The notes beneath the pieces are model-generated. The model saw only the letters and a program-made list of their open reading frames with translations. It made no database searches and was not told where the DNA came from. DNA of 61,235 nucleotides, filler included, from an uncultured Chlamydiae bacterium (GTDB lineage Bacteria > Chlamydiota > Chlamydiia > Chlamydiales > SM23-39), in the NCBI GenBank assembly GCA_937899275.1. It is 5 parts of 5 records of this genome, joined end to end, with 100 filler letters (N's around TTAATTAATTAA, not from the genome) between each part and the next. Parts side by side here need not be neighbours in the genome. Positions count along the whole stretch, not along the records: positions 26,607 to 54,187 come from CALBPE010000110.1; 4 more parts are not named here. One strand, given 5' to 3'. The stretch's first letter is position 1. Each line of letters begins with the position of its first letter. Shown here piece by piece: positions 37,672 to 47,163 of this stretch. The position numbers and the translations under genes were made by a program.

Positions 37672-38396
37672 AATTTACCAAAAAAAAGTTTCTACGATTA
37701 GAGAAAAGACAGCAGCATAAAAAATGCGCCGAGCTCATCCGCGCTTTATACCAAGATGCATTAGATCAAAAAAACCTTTCGTTTACTACCTACGAGACCT
37801 TTCTTCTATGGATGCAGCTGCCTCTATTTTCTTCTAGCGACCCTAAACAGCTATCTGACCGCTACCACTTCCATTTACAACAAAGCCGCATGTCACTGAA
37901 AGAGCATAATCTCTTGCCTCCCATACGAAGGTTTGATAGAGAGCCGTCTAAGGACTTTGGCTTTGCAGCGCTTTTCTTAGACCAGATGCGCTCTGCCTAC
38001 AATGTGGGAAATATCCTTCGCACAGCAGAAGCTCTCCGCTTAGGTCCCATCTATTTTCATCCAAACACTCCATTTATCGATAACGATAAAGTGCAAAAAG
38101 TATCCATGGGAGCTCACGCATTTGTTCCCGCATACCAGATCGATGACATCGATCTTTTGCCCAAACCACTCATCGGATTAGAGACAGGAGAAGAAGCAGA
38201 AAGCATCGGCTCTTTTCTTTTCCCCGAGGTGTTTACCTTAATCATCGGAAATGAAGAATACGGCATATCCGATGCAGTACTAGAAAAGGTAGACTACGTG
38301 GTAGATATTCCCCTATTTGGTAGAAAAAACTCGATCAACGCAGCCGCAGCGTTTGCTATGGCAGCCCAAGAAATCCAAAAAAGGCAAAAATCATAA
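37665..38396 (+). CDS. SpoU/TrmH-family RNA methyltransferase
   Basis: RSAYNVGNILRTAEA, IIGNEEYGIS, IPLFGRKNSINAA. Confidence 0.9.
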   Translation: MLEFTKKKFLRLEKRQQHKKCAELIRALYQDALDQKNLSFTTYETFLLWMQLPLFSSSDPKQLSDRYHFHLQQSRMSLKEHNLLPPIRRFDREPSKDFGFAALFLDQMRSAYNVGNILRTAEALRLGPIYFHPNTPFIDNDKVQKVSMGAHAFVPAYQIDDIDLLPKPLIGLETGEEAESIGSFLFPEVFTLIIGNEEYGISDAVLEKVDYVVDIPLFGRKNSINAAAAFAMAAQEIQKRQKS

Positions 38397-38426
38397 GCCT
38401 TACGTTTTCCCTACATCTTGTAGTAT

Positions 38427-38915
38427 CTACGCAGAGCATTTTTTCTTTCTACTCAGACTTTTGCATCGGAAAAACAAACAAAGCCGCAGATAATCGGATA
38501 CAGAAAGGTGGATTTGAAAATCCACCACTTGATCAACAGAAAGCACTTCTCCCGACAGCTGCCTACGCCCTTCTTTTCGAGTGAGAGTTCTATTAAAAAC
38601 TTGCAGAGCTTTCACTACTTTAGGCAAAGTGGTTTTTGCAGTTTTTCGGTCTTCAGGACAAATCTATTGAAAAAACTGCGTAAACTGCTTTTTCAAAGCC
38701 TCAGGATATTGTTTTTCTTCAGGAACTAACTTACCTAAAGACTCCACTAAACAGCTAAAGGCTTTTTCCACCGGCTCTTTTGATAAGCCGGCCTCTACGC
38801 AAAGGTCGAAAAAGGCCGCTTGCACCTGAGGATTTTTACAAAAATTGTCTTTCACTGCTCGTGAGCAGCATACTTTGTTCACAGAAAAATACCCTGCAGA
38901 AACGATGTTAGACAT
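38427..38915 (-). pseudogene. Hypothetical protein split by one in-frame TAG (38664-38666); paralog of the upstream ORF
   Basis: ORFs 38664-38942 and 38427-38627 share a frame with no other stop between them; the joined translation aligns by eye along 38979-39380. Confidence 0.55.
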
Positions 38916-38978
38916 AAGAGATCTCCAAAATAATCCAAACAATATAGATTACTTATTAACGATACAAGAACATCTCAT

Positions 38979-39380
38979 CTATGTAAATTTTACATCTAGA
39001 ATTGCTGCATTGCTCAACCTTTCACTTGAAGCGCGCCTAACCTCTTTAGATTCAAAGCGCTGTAAGTTAAAGTTATTGATTTCGGAGACTGCCGTATTTA
39101 AGGCCTCTAAACGGTTGTATTTTTCAGAAATGCCTTCCGAGATTGCCTGCAAAAAATCCCCAAAAACTGGTTTTATATTGAACGTGCTTTCATCGAAGTC
39201 CTTTGGCAAGGATTTCAGCTCGTCTTTCAGCTTATCAAAGGCTTTTTGAGCAACTTTTTGTTCTATACCGACTTTCGTACAAGACGTTATGAACTGCTTT
39301 TGTTGATACTTATTCTTTACGATATTATTTAAGACCTCAGCGTTTACTTGAACATTCTTTACTTCTATTTTTATACTCAT
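38979..39380 (-). CDS. Hypothetical protein (133 aa)
   Basis: ATG preceded by GAGG and an AT-rich upstream region; protein-like composition; resembles the downstream ORF. Confidence 0.65.
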   Translation of the reverse strand: MSIKIEVKNVQVNAEVLNNIVKNKYQQKQFITSCTKVGIEQKVAQKAFDKLKDELKSLPKDFDESTFNIKPVFGDFLQAISEGISEKYNRLEALNTAVSEINNFNLQRFESKEVRRASSERLSNAAILDVKFT

Positions 39381-39640
39381 AGGGTTTTACCTCATATTTT
39401 TCCACTTACCCTACAAAAACCATCTTTAGAATGATAGTTATATTTTATTAAAGTTTTATTTATGTATTTAAAGTAAGTAAAGCAATTATTTTACAAACAA
39501 TTGCAAAAATATATTTAAACTGAATAAAAACAGACCGAAGCACCCTGCAGTTACGAAGATAGCTTCCTCAACCCTGCCGAATACCTAGCCGGTTTTGTAG
39601 ATCTAGATGAAAAAAATATTTTTTGGCATAATTACGAGCA

Positions 39641-40582
39641 ATGTTAGTACTGCTTTCTTTACTTACTTTTTTTCTTTGGACTCTCTGTTTTTCTCTGAGT
39701 AAAATTGCTCTTCAATACACCTCCCCTATTTTTTTGACTGCTTTTCGGATGGCGCTATCTGGCATACTGCTGATCAGTTATCTGTGCCTTACAAAGCATC
39801 CAGAAAGAAAACTGCAAAAGCAGACCTACCTGCCTCTTATGGCTTTTGGTTTTTTTAGCATTTACCTGACCAACATTTTAGAATTTTCTGGCTTACAGCA
39901 TGTATCTGCTGCAAAAACCTGCTGCCTGTATAGTTTAACTCCTTTTTTCACGATTCTTTTATCCTACATACATTTTGGAGAAACGATTACCTTTAGAAAG
40001 TGCTTGGGCATTTTTTTTGCTGGCGCGTCCCTCATACCCGTGTTACTCACCCAAAGTGGATCGGAGGATTTATTTCGGTTTTCCAGCTTTTTATCTTGGC
40101 CAGAGCTCGCCGTTATAGGAGCTGTATTTTTTTCTACTTATGGATGGATCATTTTACGGATACTGGTCAAAAACCAGACACTTTCTCCCCTTGTCATCAA
40201 TGGATATGGGATGGGTTTTGGATCTGTACTTGCCCTAACCCATTTTTACTATATCAGCCCTACCTATCCGATGATTCAAGGGAGCTGGGCTGATTTCCTT
40301 CTCCCTGTTTTTTTGATCACCTTGATTTCGAATCTTATCTGCTATAATCTTTACAGTTATCTACTCAAACATCTCACAGCAACATTCTTATCTTTTGTAG
40401 GTCTTCTAAGTCCTATTTTCACCTCCATATCCAGTTATTTCCTTTTAGGTGAAGGGATTTCAGTAGAGATCATTTGCAGTAGCATAAGCATGTTATTTGC
40501 TCTTTTTCTCGTCTATTCCTCTGAAATACAACAAGGCTACATCAAGTCCACAAAAACCCCTTCTATCGATAGCGGCTCCTAA
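39641..40582 (+). CDS. EamA/DMT family transporter
   Basis: SPIFLTAFRMALSG, LQHVSAAKTCCLYSLTPFF, FGETITFRK, LSPIF...LLGE; about 10 TM segments. Confidence 0.88.
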   Translation: MLVLLSLLTFFLWTLCFSLSKIALQYTSPIFLTAFRMALSGILLISYLCLTKHPERKLQKQTYLPLMAFGFFSIYLTNILEFSGLQHVSAAKTCCLYSLTPFFTILLSYIHFGETITFRKCLGIFFAGASLIPVLLTQSGSEDLFRFSSFLSWPELAVIGAVFFSTYGWIILRILVKNQTLSPLVINGYGMGFGSVLALTHFYYISPTYPMIQGSWADFLLPVFLITLISNLICYNLYSYLLKHLTATFLSFVGLLSPIFTSISSYFLLGEGISVEIICSSISMLFALFLVYSSEIQQGYIKSTKTPSIDSGS

Positions 40583-40595
40583 TCAGAAAAACGGC

Positions 40596-41114
40596 TTAAT
40601 TTGCTTGCCTGCTCTTAAAATCAGCCAATTGTCGTTTGAGGGTTGCTAGCTCATCTTTTTTACTCTCTAGGTCCTTTTTTTTGTTTTTATTTTTAGCATT
40701 AATCTTTAACAATTTGCCTCTCAATTTGTTGTTATCTTCTTCTATTTTTTGACTTTGTTGTGAAATTGCATCTCTTTGATTTTCAAGGTTCAATTTTGAT
40801 TGATTGATTTCATTAATTTCTAATTGAATATCACTATTCCTATTTCTTAATTTCTCCAATTCTTGTGTATTCTTTTTTTTCAAGTCACGCACCTGCTGAT
40901 TCATTTGCGCGATCCTTACCTGAAAAAAAGAAGACTCGATTAAATGTACTGCTCGTTCTGGAAGAAATAACTTCGAGAACTGGAAGAGCCAAAAAGAATA
41001 ATCGGCTACTTTTTTTGCCAGGCAGGAACAAGTTTTTTTTGCGTAACTTGCTGTCTGCTTAGTATGTTGAAATATTGTATTTTTTATATTTTGAAAAGTA
41101 ATAGAAAAACCCAT
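40596..41114 (-). CDS. Hypothetical coiled-coil protein
   Basis: Lys/Asn/Gln-rich heptad C-terminal half; start at ATG 41114 or 41141. Confidence 0.6.
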   Translation of the reverse strand: MGFSITFQNIKNTIFQHTKQTASYAKKTCSCLAKKVADYSFWLFQFSKLFLPERAVHLIESSFFQVRIAQMNQQVRDLKKKNTQELEKLRNRNSDIQLEINEINQSKLNLENQRDAISQQSQKIEEDNNKLRGKLLKINAKNKNKKKDLESKKDELATLKRQLADFKSRQAN

Positions 41115-41176
41115 AAAACACCCGCTTGTTTTGTGCGGCATGTTTTGTCAGGTTGTTGGATTTTCCGCAAGAAATT

Positions 41177-42079
41177 TTAATCAAAACTATAACGATCGAG
41201 ATCGTTTGCTGCGTAGGTATTGGGAAAATACTGTCTGGCTTCTTTTTCAAAAAGCTTTGTATCTCTATATCGAGCAGAAAAATGCGTTAACACAAGTTTT
41301 TTTGCTGCGGCTTTTTTTGCCATGAGCGCTGCATCTTTTGCGGTCATGTGTAGATACCTTTTTGCTAGCTCTTGTCTTTCACTTGTGTAGGTGCTTTCTG
41401 CAAGAACTAGGTCTGCGTTTTCCGCAAGTTTTAAGGTGTTATCACAGTATTTTGTATCTAAGATGTAGGCAAAAACTTTTCCGGGTTGTCTCCAGGAAAC
41501 GTCGTGTAGGTGGATTTTTTTTCCTTGGATAGTCAGCTCTTTTTCCTGCTCTAACTTTTTTACAAGGGGTCCCTTCACCTGAAACATATCGAGTTTGTCT
41601 TTGTGGAACTTGATCTTAGAAGTCTCTTCGATGCGGTAGCCTAAAGTAGGAACGCCATGATCTAAATTGTAAGCGCTCATGGTAAAATCTTCATCTTGCA
41701 AAAATACGCCTTCTTGCGAGATGGGGTGCTCTTTAATGGTGATGTGCTCGTGATAAATACAAGCCTTGCGTAGATAAGTAAAATGCTTTTGTCCACTTGC
41801 AGGAAAATAGCAGTGAACCGTATGGGGCACTTTATCTAAATTAAGGCGCATCAACATCGATCCTGCGCCCAAACAGTGATCACCGTGAAAATGACTAATC
41901 AATATATGCGTTACCGCTGTAGGGGGTGTGTTTGCAAAGATAAACTGCCTTTGCGTGCCTTCTCCTGGATCAAATAATAACCCCTTGCCTCGTGAGCGGA
42001 GAAGGTAAGCGCCGTGATTGCGGAAGCGGGTTGGCTGCTGGCTCGATGTTCCAAAAACAATTAGCTCACTTTTGCTCAA
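41177..42079 (-). CDS. rnz: Ribonuclease Z
   Basis: GTSSQQPTRFRN, FDPGEGTQRQ, SHFHGDHCLG, DT, AESTY, HMT, LTHFSARY. Confidence 0.95.
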   Translation of the reverse strand: MSKSELIVFGTSSQQPTRFRNHGAYLLRSRGKGLLFDPGEGTQRQFIFANTPPTAVTHILISHFHGDHCLGAGSMLMRLNLDKVPHTVHCYFPASGQKHFTYLRKACIYHEHITIKEHPISQEGVFLQDEDFTMSAYNLDHGVPTLGYRIEETSKIKFHKDKLDMFQVKGPLVKKLEQEKELTIQGKKIHLHDVSWRQPGKVFAYILDTKYCDNTLKLAENADLVLAESTYTSERQELAKRYLHMTAKDAALMAKKAAAKKLVLTHFSARYRDTKLFEKEARQYFPNTYAANDLDRYSFD

Positions 42080-43191
42080 TCAACTCTCCAAGAAAAAAAC
42101 CGCAACCTACCCAGCAATATACCTGTAACTGCTCCTGTAATATGGGCTGTATTCGCAATTTGTAAATCGTAGGCCTGTCCAGAGAACTCGAAAAAAAAGG
42201 AAAGCATCTGCAGCAACGCTATTGTGGTGATAAAAAACACTAAAAACATCAACGTGCTTTTCGATAGGGGGTATCCCTCCCAAGGAGCGGTTTTTTGCCG
42301 CATCCAAATAAACCCTGCCATAGCAAGCAGAACGACAGAAAACCCTAAAAATAATGGACCTGACATCAGGTATTGAAAGGTATTGCTAACAAATGCTGCG
42401 ATAAGAAGGAAGAAAATGTAGCGAAATGGAGAAAGCCTTGCCTCTATTTGACGCCCTAACATCCATAGAACAAGCATATTAAATACGATATGCAAAAGGT
42501 TTTTATGCAAAAGCGCAGGAGTAAAAAAGCGCCAAATTTGTCCCTGTCTAATTTTTACAAATAAAGGGGAAATCTCTACAGGCTCTCCTTTTAGATAATC
42601 GATAAGATAACGGTAAAAACCTCGAAAATAGGGAGTATTTGAGCTCTCTTTGATCTCCTGCATCACCTTTTGCGGCAGATCTTTTTCCAAAGTAGCCTTT
42701 GTGATGTTGTATTTTGCAAAGGCTTCGTTTAACTTAGAAAAACTACTAGGCATACCATACATAAAATATGACGCTATAGGAGTGACAACAACTACAGGTT
42801 TAGGCTGGGTATTTAGTGAAAACGTACCTTCTTGTAGCGCGTTGATAAAAAAACAAAGGCAGCAAGCAAGTAATATCCCTATTGTAATGAAAATCGGAGG
42901 CGCTTTAGAGCGGGCTTTTTGATAACGGGGATTTGCAATAGCTGAAACAGGCCTTGCAATAGACTGGAGATCTACTGCAAATTTGGAGTCGTCGGGATTT
43001 TTTTGAAAATCGGCAAACTCTTGCAACGCTTTTTCTACAGCATCTTCATCTTGCACCCAAATTGCACAGTTCAAAGCGCTTTTGTCTTGATCAAAAGAGA
43101 TTTCACAGGTGTTTTCAATATGGATACTGCGAAGGTATGCAGAAAAACGGCGCGCGTTTTTCTGATTGTCTAAAGAGCCTATCTTTCGCAT
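42076..43191 (-). CDS. Rhomboid intramembrane serine protease (GlpG-like, with N-terminal soluble domain)
   Basis: GQIWRFFTPALLH, HIVFNM, GFS (catalytic Ser), ANTAHITG (catalytic His). Confidence 0.88.
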   Translation of the reverse strand: MRKIGSLDNQKNARRFSAYLRSIHIENTCEISFDQDKSALNCAIWVQDEDAVEKALQEFADFQKNPDDSKFAVDLQSIARPVSAIANPRYQKARSKAPPIFITIGILLACCLCFFINALQEGTFSLNTQPKPVVVVTPIASYFMYGMPSSFSKLNEAFAKYNITKATLEKDLPQKVMQEIKESSNTPYFRGFYRYLIDYLKGEPVEISPLFVKIRQGQIWRFFTPALLHKNLLHIVFNMLVLWMLGRQIEARLSPFRYIFFLLIAAFVSNTFQYLMSGPLFLGFSVVLLAMAGFIWMRQKTAPWEGYPLSKSTLMFLVFFITTIALLQMLSFFFEFSGQAYDLQIANTAHITGAVTGILLGRLRFFSWRVD

Positions 43192-43679
43192 GTTTTGATT
43201 TTCTCCAAAATTTTCGATGTAGACATCCCTTCTAACGCAGAAACAATATGGATTTTGCCCCCCGACTTTTTGACAGCTGCTGACTCGATGCAGTCTTTAC
43301 CATATTCTGATCCGTTTACATGTACATCTGGTTTTACCATTTCAATAAGGGCAATCGGTGTATCTTCATCAAACCAGGTGACATAATCCACAAAACCTAT
43401 TGCTGCTAGCATCTGCATTCTGTAGGGTAGTGAAATAATAGGGCGAGAGCTCCCCTTATACGAACGGATGGAACGGTCGGTGTTCAGGCAGACAAGTAAA
43501 AGGTCTGCTTGTAAAGAAGCTTCATATACGATTTGTAAGTGCCCTGCATGCATAATATCAAACGAGCCATTCAATGTGGCAATGGTTTTGCCACAAGACC
43601 TCTTTGCCTCTGCCCAACTAGCGAGGTTTTTTGGATCGAGATACTTTTTTTTGCTTTCTTTTTGCCATAAGGTTTCCAT
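43179..43679 (-). CDS. Cytidylyltransferase-like nucleotidyltransferase (RfaE domain II type)
   Basis: NGSFDIMHAGH, LNTDRSIRSYKGSSRPI, KPDVHVNG, STSKI. Confidence 0.88.
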   Translation of the reverse strand: METLWQKESKKKYLDPKNLASWAEAKRSCGKTIATLNGSFDIMHAGHLQIVYEASLQADLLLVCLNTDRSIRSYKGSSRPIISLPYRMQMLAAIGFVDYVTWFDEDTPIALIEMVKPDVHVNGSEYGKDCIESAAVKKSGGKIHIVSALEGMSTSKILEKIKTCER

Positions 43680-46125
43680 CGGTTTTTGCTCTCACTGTTT
43701 TAAATGCTATAGGGACAACTTCATCATAGGTGCTTACAAAGTGGACATCAATCCCTTTTTTTAAATACTCGGGAAGCTCATCGTAATCTCTTTTATTATC
43801 TACAGGAAAAATTAAGGTAGTTAATAACGAACGCTTTGCTGCAATGAGCTTTTCTTTCACCCCTCCGATGGGTAGCACCTTTCCGGTAAGTGTGATTTCT
43901 CCTGTCATACCGATATTTTTTTTAACAGGGCAAGTGGTAAAAAGAGATAAAAGTGAAGTGACCATAGTAATGCCAGCAGAAGGGCCATCTTTAGGCGTTG
44001 CCCCCTCTGGAATATGAATATGGACTTTTTCTTTTGGGAAATAAGGAGAGTCGGGAACATATTTACCCGATACGGAACTTAAGTAACTCCAAGCGATTTT
44101 CGCAGATTCTTTCATGACATCACCTGCTTGCCCTGTCAGTTGCATCTCTGTTTTTTCTGCAGAAGATTTAGAAGCTTCTACATAAAGAGTAGCGCCTCCT
44201 AAAGCTGTCCAAGCAAGCCCTGTGCAAACGCCAATGGGCGTATCTTCATAGTAGCGATCTGTAGTAAATACCGGTTTTCCCAAGTAGTCGGTGAGATTTT
44301 TATCGGTAATTGTTGTTTTTTTCGCTGCATTTTCTTCTGAGGTAGCTAATTTTTTAGCCACTTTACGAAGGATTTTTTTGATGTAATTTTCTAAACTTCT
44401 CACCCCTGCTTCTCGAGCGTAGCCGTGGATGATTTTATGAAGACTTGTTTTAGTAAAAGCAAGATCTTTAGATTTAATTCCCATTTCCTTGCGATTTCTT
44501 GGAATAAGATAGCGTTTGGCAATTTCTACTTTTTCTTCTTCAATATATCCAGATAATCTAAGAATTTCCATCCGATCTTTAAGCGCCTCTGGAATGGAAT
44601 CGAGAACGTTTGCTGTTAAAATAAAAAGCACATGAGAAAGATCACAAGGCACATCGAGATAGTGATCTAAAAAAGCGCGGTTTTGCTCAGGATCTAGCAC
44701 CTCTAGTAAAGAAGAGGCTGGATCTCCGTGATAACTCATCCCGATTTTATCCACTTCATCGATCATCACAACGGGATTACTTGTCCCCACCGTTTTTAGC
44801 GCTTGAATCATTTTCCCCGGCATGGAGCCGATATACGTTCTTCTATGCCCTTTGATTTCTGCTTCATCGCGCATACCGCCCACAGAAAAACGGAAAAATT
44901 TTCTGTTGAGCGCTCTTGCGATGCTTTTTCCAATACTTGTTTTACCCACACCTGGAGGGCCCACTAAGCAGATGATGCTGCCTCGAACGCCTCCGGTGAG
45001 TTTGCCCACACCAATAAATTCTAAAATTCTTTCCTTGATGTCTTTTAAGCCGTAGTGATCTTCTTCTAAGACTTTTTCTGAAGCTAAAAGATCTGTCGAC
45101 TCGTTGCTAAAAATACCCCAAGGAAGGGAAGTCAGCCAATCAATGTAATTGCGGCAGACGCCGTATTCAGCAGATTGCATGTCTAGCACTCGGAGCTTGT
45201 CTAGCTCTTCTTCCAGAACTTTTTGTACCTCATCGGGAACTTTACGCACGGCAAGCCTTTGTCGGAACTTCTCTATATCAAGGCTTTTATCATCTTTTTC
45301 CATGCCCAGCTCCTGCTTGATTGCTTTGAGCTGCTCTCTGAGGAAAAATTCTCTTTGGGTATTGGAAATCGTGGACTCAATCGTCTGATTGATGCTGCTT
45401 TGAAGGCGGGTTAAATCCAGTTCTTTTTTTAATAGCGCAAGCGCTTTTGCAGCTCTTAGCCCCACATCAAAGGTGGATAAAACTTCCTGGAGTTCATTGC
45501 GAGTAGCTGTGGTCAACGCTACGGCAAAATCGGCAAGCCGGCCTGTTTCAGTAAAATCTGAATGGCCTAAAAATACCTGGAGCTCTTCTTTAAAAAGAGG
45601 GTTTAATTTCAGAAGCTCTTTAATAGTCGTAATGATGCTAATCGCATACGCTTTGAGCTCTTTTTCTGCTTTTTTTGGTCGGATATCTTTTTCTTCTTGT
45701 ACCTGAACAGCTAGATAAGACCCTTTTTGCACAGGCTTTTTAATGGAGATCCGTTTTTCCATATTGAGGACAACCTGCGCGCCGCCTGTTTCCATCGGAA
45801 TGATTCTAAGAATGCGGGCTAGCACCCCTACAGGAAAAAAATCTTCTAAAGTTACATCGTATATATTGGCCTGTTCATTTTTTGTGAGAAAAAGCCCTAA
45901 AGTTTTCGACTCACTTTGGGCAACGATTTTAAGTACTTCATAATAACTGCCTGTTTCAATAACAATTGGAGCTGCCATACCGGGAAAAAAGGGCCTTCGG
46001 TTTAAAGGCAAAATAAACACAGAATCTTTACCCAATGTCACAGGCTTTACTTTAATAACACCTTTAGAAGTAGAAGATGTTTCTTTTTTCGATTTTTTTA
46101 CAGGCTGTTTTGTTTTTTTTTCCAA
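43618..46125 (-). CDS. lon: Lon protease
   Basis: LPLNRRPFFPGM, DHYGLKDIKERI, GPPGVGKTS, HRRTYIGSMPG, PKDGPSAG, PIGGVKEK. Confidence 0.97.
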   Translation of the reverse strand: MEKKTKQPVKKSKKETSSTSKGVIKVKPVTLGKDSVFILPLNRRPFFPGMAAPIVIETGSYYEVLKIVAQSESKTLGLFLTKNEQANIYDVTLEDFFPVGVLARILRIIPMETGGAQVVLNMEKRISIKKPVQKGSYLAVQVQEEKDIRPKKAEKELKAYAISIITTIKELLKLNPLFKEELQVFLGHSDFTETGRLADFAVALTTATRNELQEVLSTFDVGLRAAKALALLKKELDLTRLQSSINQTIESTISNTQREFFLREQLKAIKQELGMEKDDKSLDIEKFRQRLAVRKVPDEVQKVLEEELDKLRVLDMQSAEYGVCRNYIDWLTSLPWGIFSNESTDLLASEKVLEEDHYGLKDIKERILEFIGVGKLTGGVRGSIICLVGPPGVGKTSIGKSIARALNRKFFRFSVGGMRDEAEIKGHRRTYIGSMPGKMIQALKTVGTSNPVVMIDEVDKIGMSYHGDPASSLLEVLDPEQNRAFLDHYLDVPCDLSHVLFILTANVLDSIPEALKDRMEILRLSGYIEEEKVEIAKRYLIPRNRKEMGIKSKDLAFTKTSLHKIIHGYAREAGVRSLENYIKKILRKVAKKLATSEENAAKKTTITDKNLTDYLGKPVFTTDRYYEDTPIGVCTGLAWTALGGATLYVEASKSSAEKTEMQLTGQAGDVMKESAKIAWSYLSSVSGKYVPDSPYFPKEKVHIHIPEGATPKDGPSAGITMVTSLLSLFTTCPVKKNIGMTGEITLTGKVLPIGGVKEKLIAAKRSLLTTLIFPVDNKRDYDELPEYLKKGIDVHFVSTYDEVVPIAFKTVRAKTDGNLMAKRKQKKVSRSKKPR

Positions 46126-46163
46126 AATCCCCTCGGTGCTTATTTTGCTAAAAAATACCTGTC

Positions 46164-46192
46164 ATCATAGCGCTTTAGACAAAAAATCGCAA
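46164..46192 (-). promoter_or_regulatory. Candidate sigma70/sigma66 promoter for lon
   Basis: Minus strand TTGCGA-N17-TATGAT, about 40 nt upstream of the lon start. Confidence 0.5.
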
Positions 46193-46230
46193 GCTAGACG
46201 GGATTGCGCTGTCTTTGCTACAATAGAGAT

Positions 46231-46830
46231 ATGACGCTTTCTTTACTCATTGATACAAGTACAGAAAAAGCGCTTTTTGCGCTTATGGAAAACGGCTCTT
46301 TAAAGGCGACCTATCACTTACAAGGGGACGCATCTTTATCTTCTACAATCGAGCTCTCTTTGCTTGACTTCATCAAGCAGCAAGGACTAGACCGGGTATT
46401 TTCATGGCTTGAAAGAATCTACATCGGACTCGGTCCAGGATCATTTACAGGCACAAGAGTAGGCATGATTCTGGGAAAAACGCTTTCGTTTGCAAGAAAT
46501 ATTCCAGCTGTAGGATTTAGCTCTTTAGAACTCGCAATGCAAGATCCTAAGGACATCCCACTATTAGATGCAAAGTCCTCTGGAATCTACGCTTTAGAAA
46601 AGGGCGTTGTTACTTTGTATACACCAGAAAACTTTTCTCAGCTCGATAAAAAAAAACGCTTTGTTTCCCTCAATGCCGCGCCTCTTAAAGCCCGGCTTGC
46701 CGGCGTGGAAATTCAAGAAAATCCTGCACATCCTCTCAGCGCATTGCAAAATTCCAAGTTAAGCAAAGAACCCTATTCTTTTGCAAAAACCGCACTTCTT
46801 GCACCAATTTATTTGGATGCGCTCAAATAA
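46231..46830 (+). CDS. tsaB: tRNA threonylcarbamoyladenosine biosynthesis protein TsaB
   Basis: LLIDTST, IGLGPGSFTGTRVG, LDAKS; start at ATG 46231. Confidence 0.9.
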   Translation: MTLSLLIDTSTEKALFALMENGSLKATYHLQGDASLSSTIELSLLDFIKQQGLDRVFSWLERIYIGLGPGSFTGTRVGMILGKTLSFARNIPAVGFSSLELAMQDPKDIPLLDAKSSGIYALEKGVVTLYTPENFSQLDKKKRFVSLNAAPLKARLAGVEIQENPAHPLSALQNSKLSKEPYSFAKTALLAPIYLDALK

Positions 46831-46831
46831 A

Positions 46832-46860
46832 TTGATCTAAACCCTTCTCGTTGGTATGAT
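46832..46860 (+). promoter_or_regulatory. Candidate sigma70/sigma66 promoter for rpsU
   Basis: TTGATC-N17-TATGAT in the intergenic region upstream of rpsU. Confidence 0.5.
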
Positions 46861-46896
46861 GGAGGATAATTATTCTGAATTTTAGGAAAGAAAAAC

Positions 46897-47091
46897 ATGC
46901 CTAGTGTAAAAGTACGCGTCGGTGAGCCTATTGAAAAAGCGCTACGGGCTCTAAAGAAAAAACTCGACAAAGAAGGAATTATGAAAGCAGCTAAAGCGCA
47001 TAGATTCCACGATAAACGCTCTGTAAAAAAGCGAGCTAAATCGAAAGCTGCGCAAAAACGGGCCAAAAACGCGAGAAAAAAAGGTTTTTAG
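46897..47091 (+). CDS. rpsU: 30S ribosomal protein S21
   Basis: [30 protein letters not shown]...[11 protein letters not shown]. Confidence 0.95.
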   Translation: MPSVKVRVGEPIEKALRALKKKLDKEGIMKAAKAHRFHDKRSVKKRAKSKAAQKRAKNARKKGF

Positions 47092-47114
47092 CAATCGTTT
47101 TCTCTGATTGCTAA
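47088..47114 (+). promoter_or_regulatory. CIRCE-like HrcA operator upstream of dnaJ
   Basis: TTAGCAATC-N9-GATTGCTAA, a perfect inverted repeat with 8/9 match per arm to CIRCE TTAGCACTC-N9-GAGTGCTAA and the exact 9-nt spacer. Confidence 0.75.
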
Positions 47115-47136
47115 AAAACCCCCTTCCGTATACAAT
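47108..47136 (+). promoter_or_regulatory. Candidate sigma70/sigma66 promoter for dnaJ; -35 box lies inside the CIRCE right arm
   Basis: TTGCTA-N17-TACAAT, ending 27 nt before the dnaJ ATG. Confidence 0.6.
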
Positions 47137-47163
47137 CAATGGTAACCCACAACTCCCAGACCT

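Noticed and set aside
38845..39249. 134-aa plus-strand ORF
   Set aside because: Antisense shadow of the two minus-strand paralogs, which have the RBS and mutual similarity.
39530..39610. GC-richer intergenic stretch with CAGG...GGAAGC on the minus strand, reminiscent of SRP RNA
   Set aside because: The CC-GNRA-GG stem-loop and long flanking helix are absent; an Infernal search would be needed to support it.
39534..39647. Short open frame containing EYLAGFVDLDE, resembling a LAGLIDADG homing endonuclease motif
   Set aside because: No start codon, under 40 codons, the motif lacks the DGDG-type ending, and there is no intron context; probably chance.
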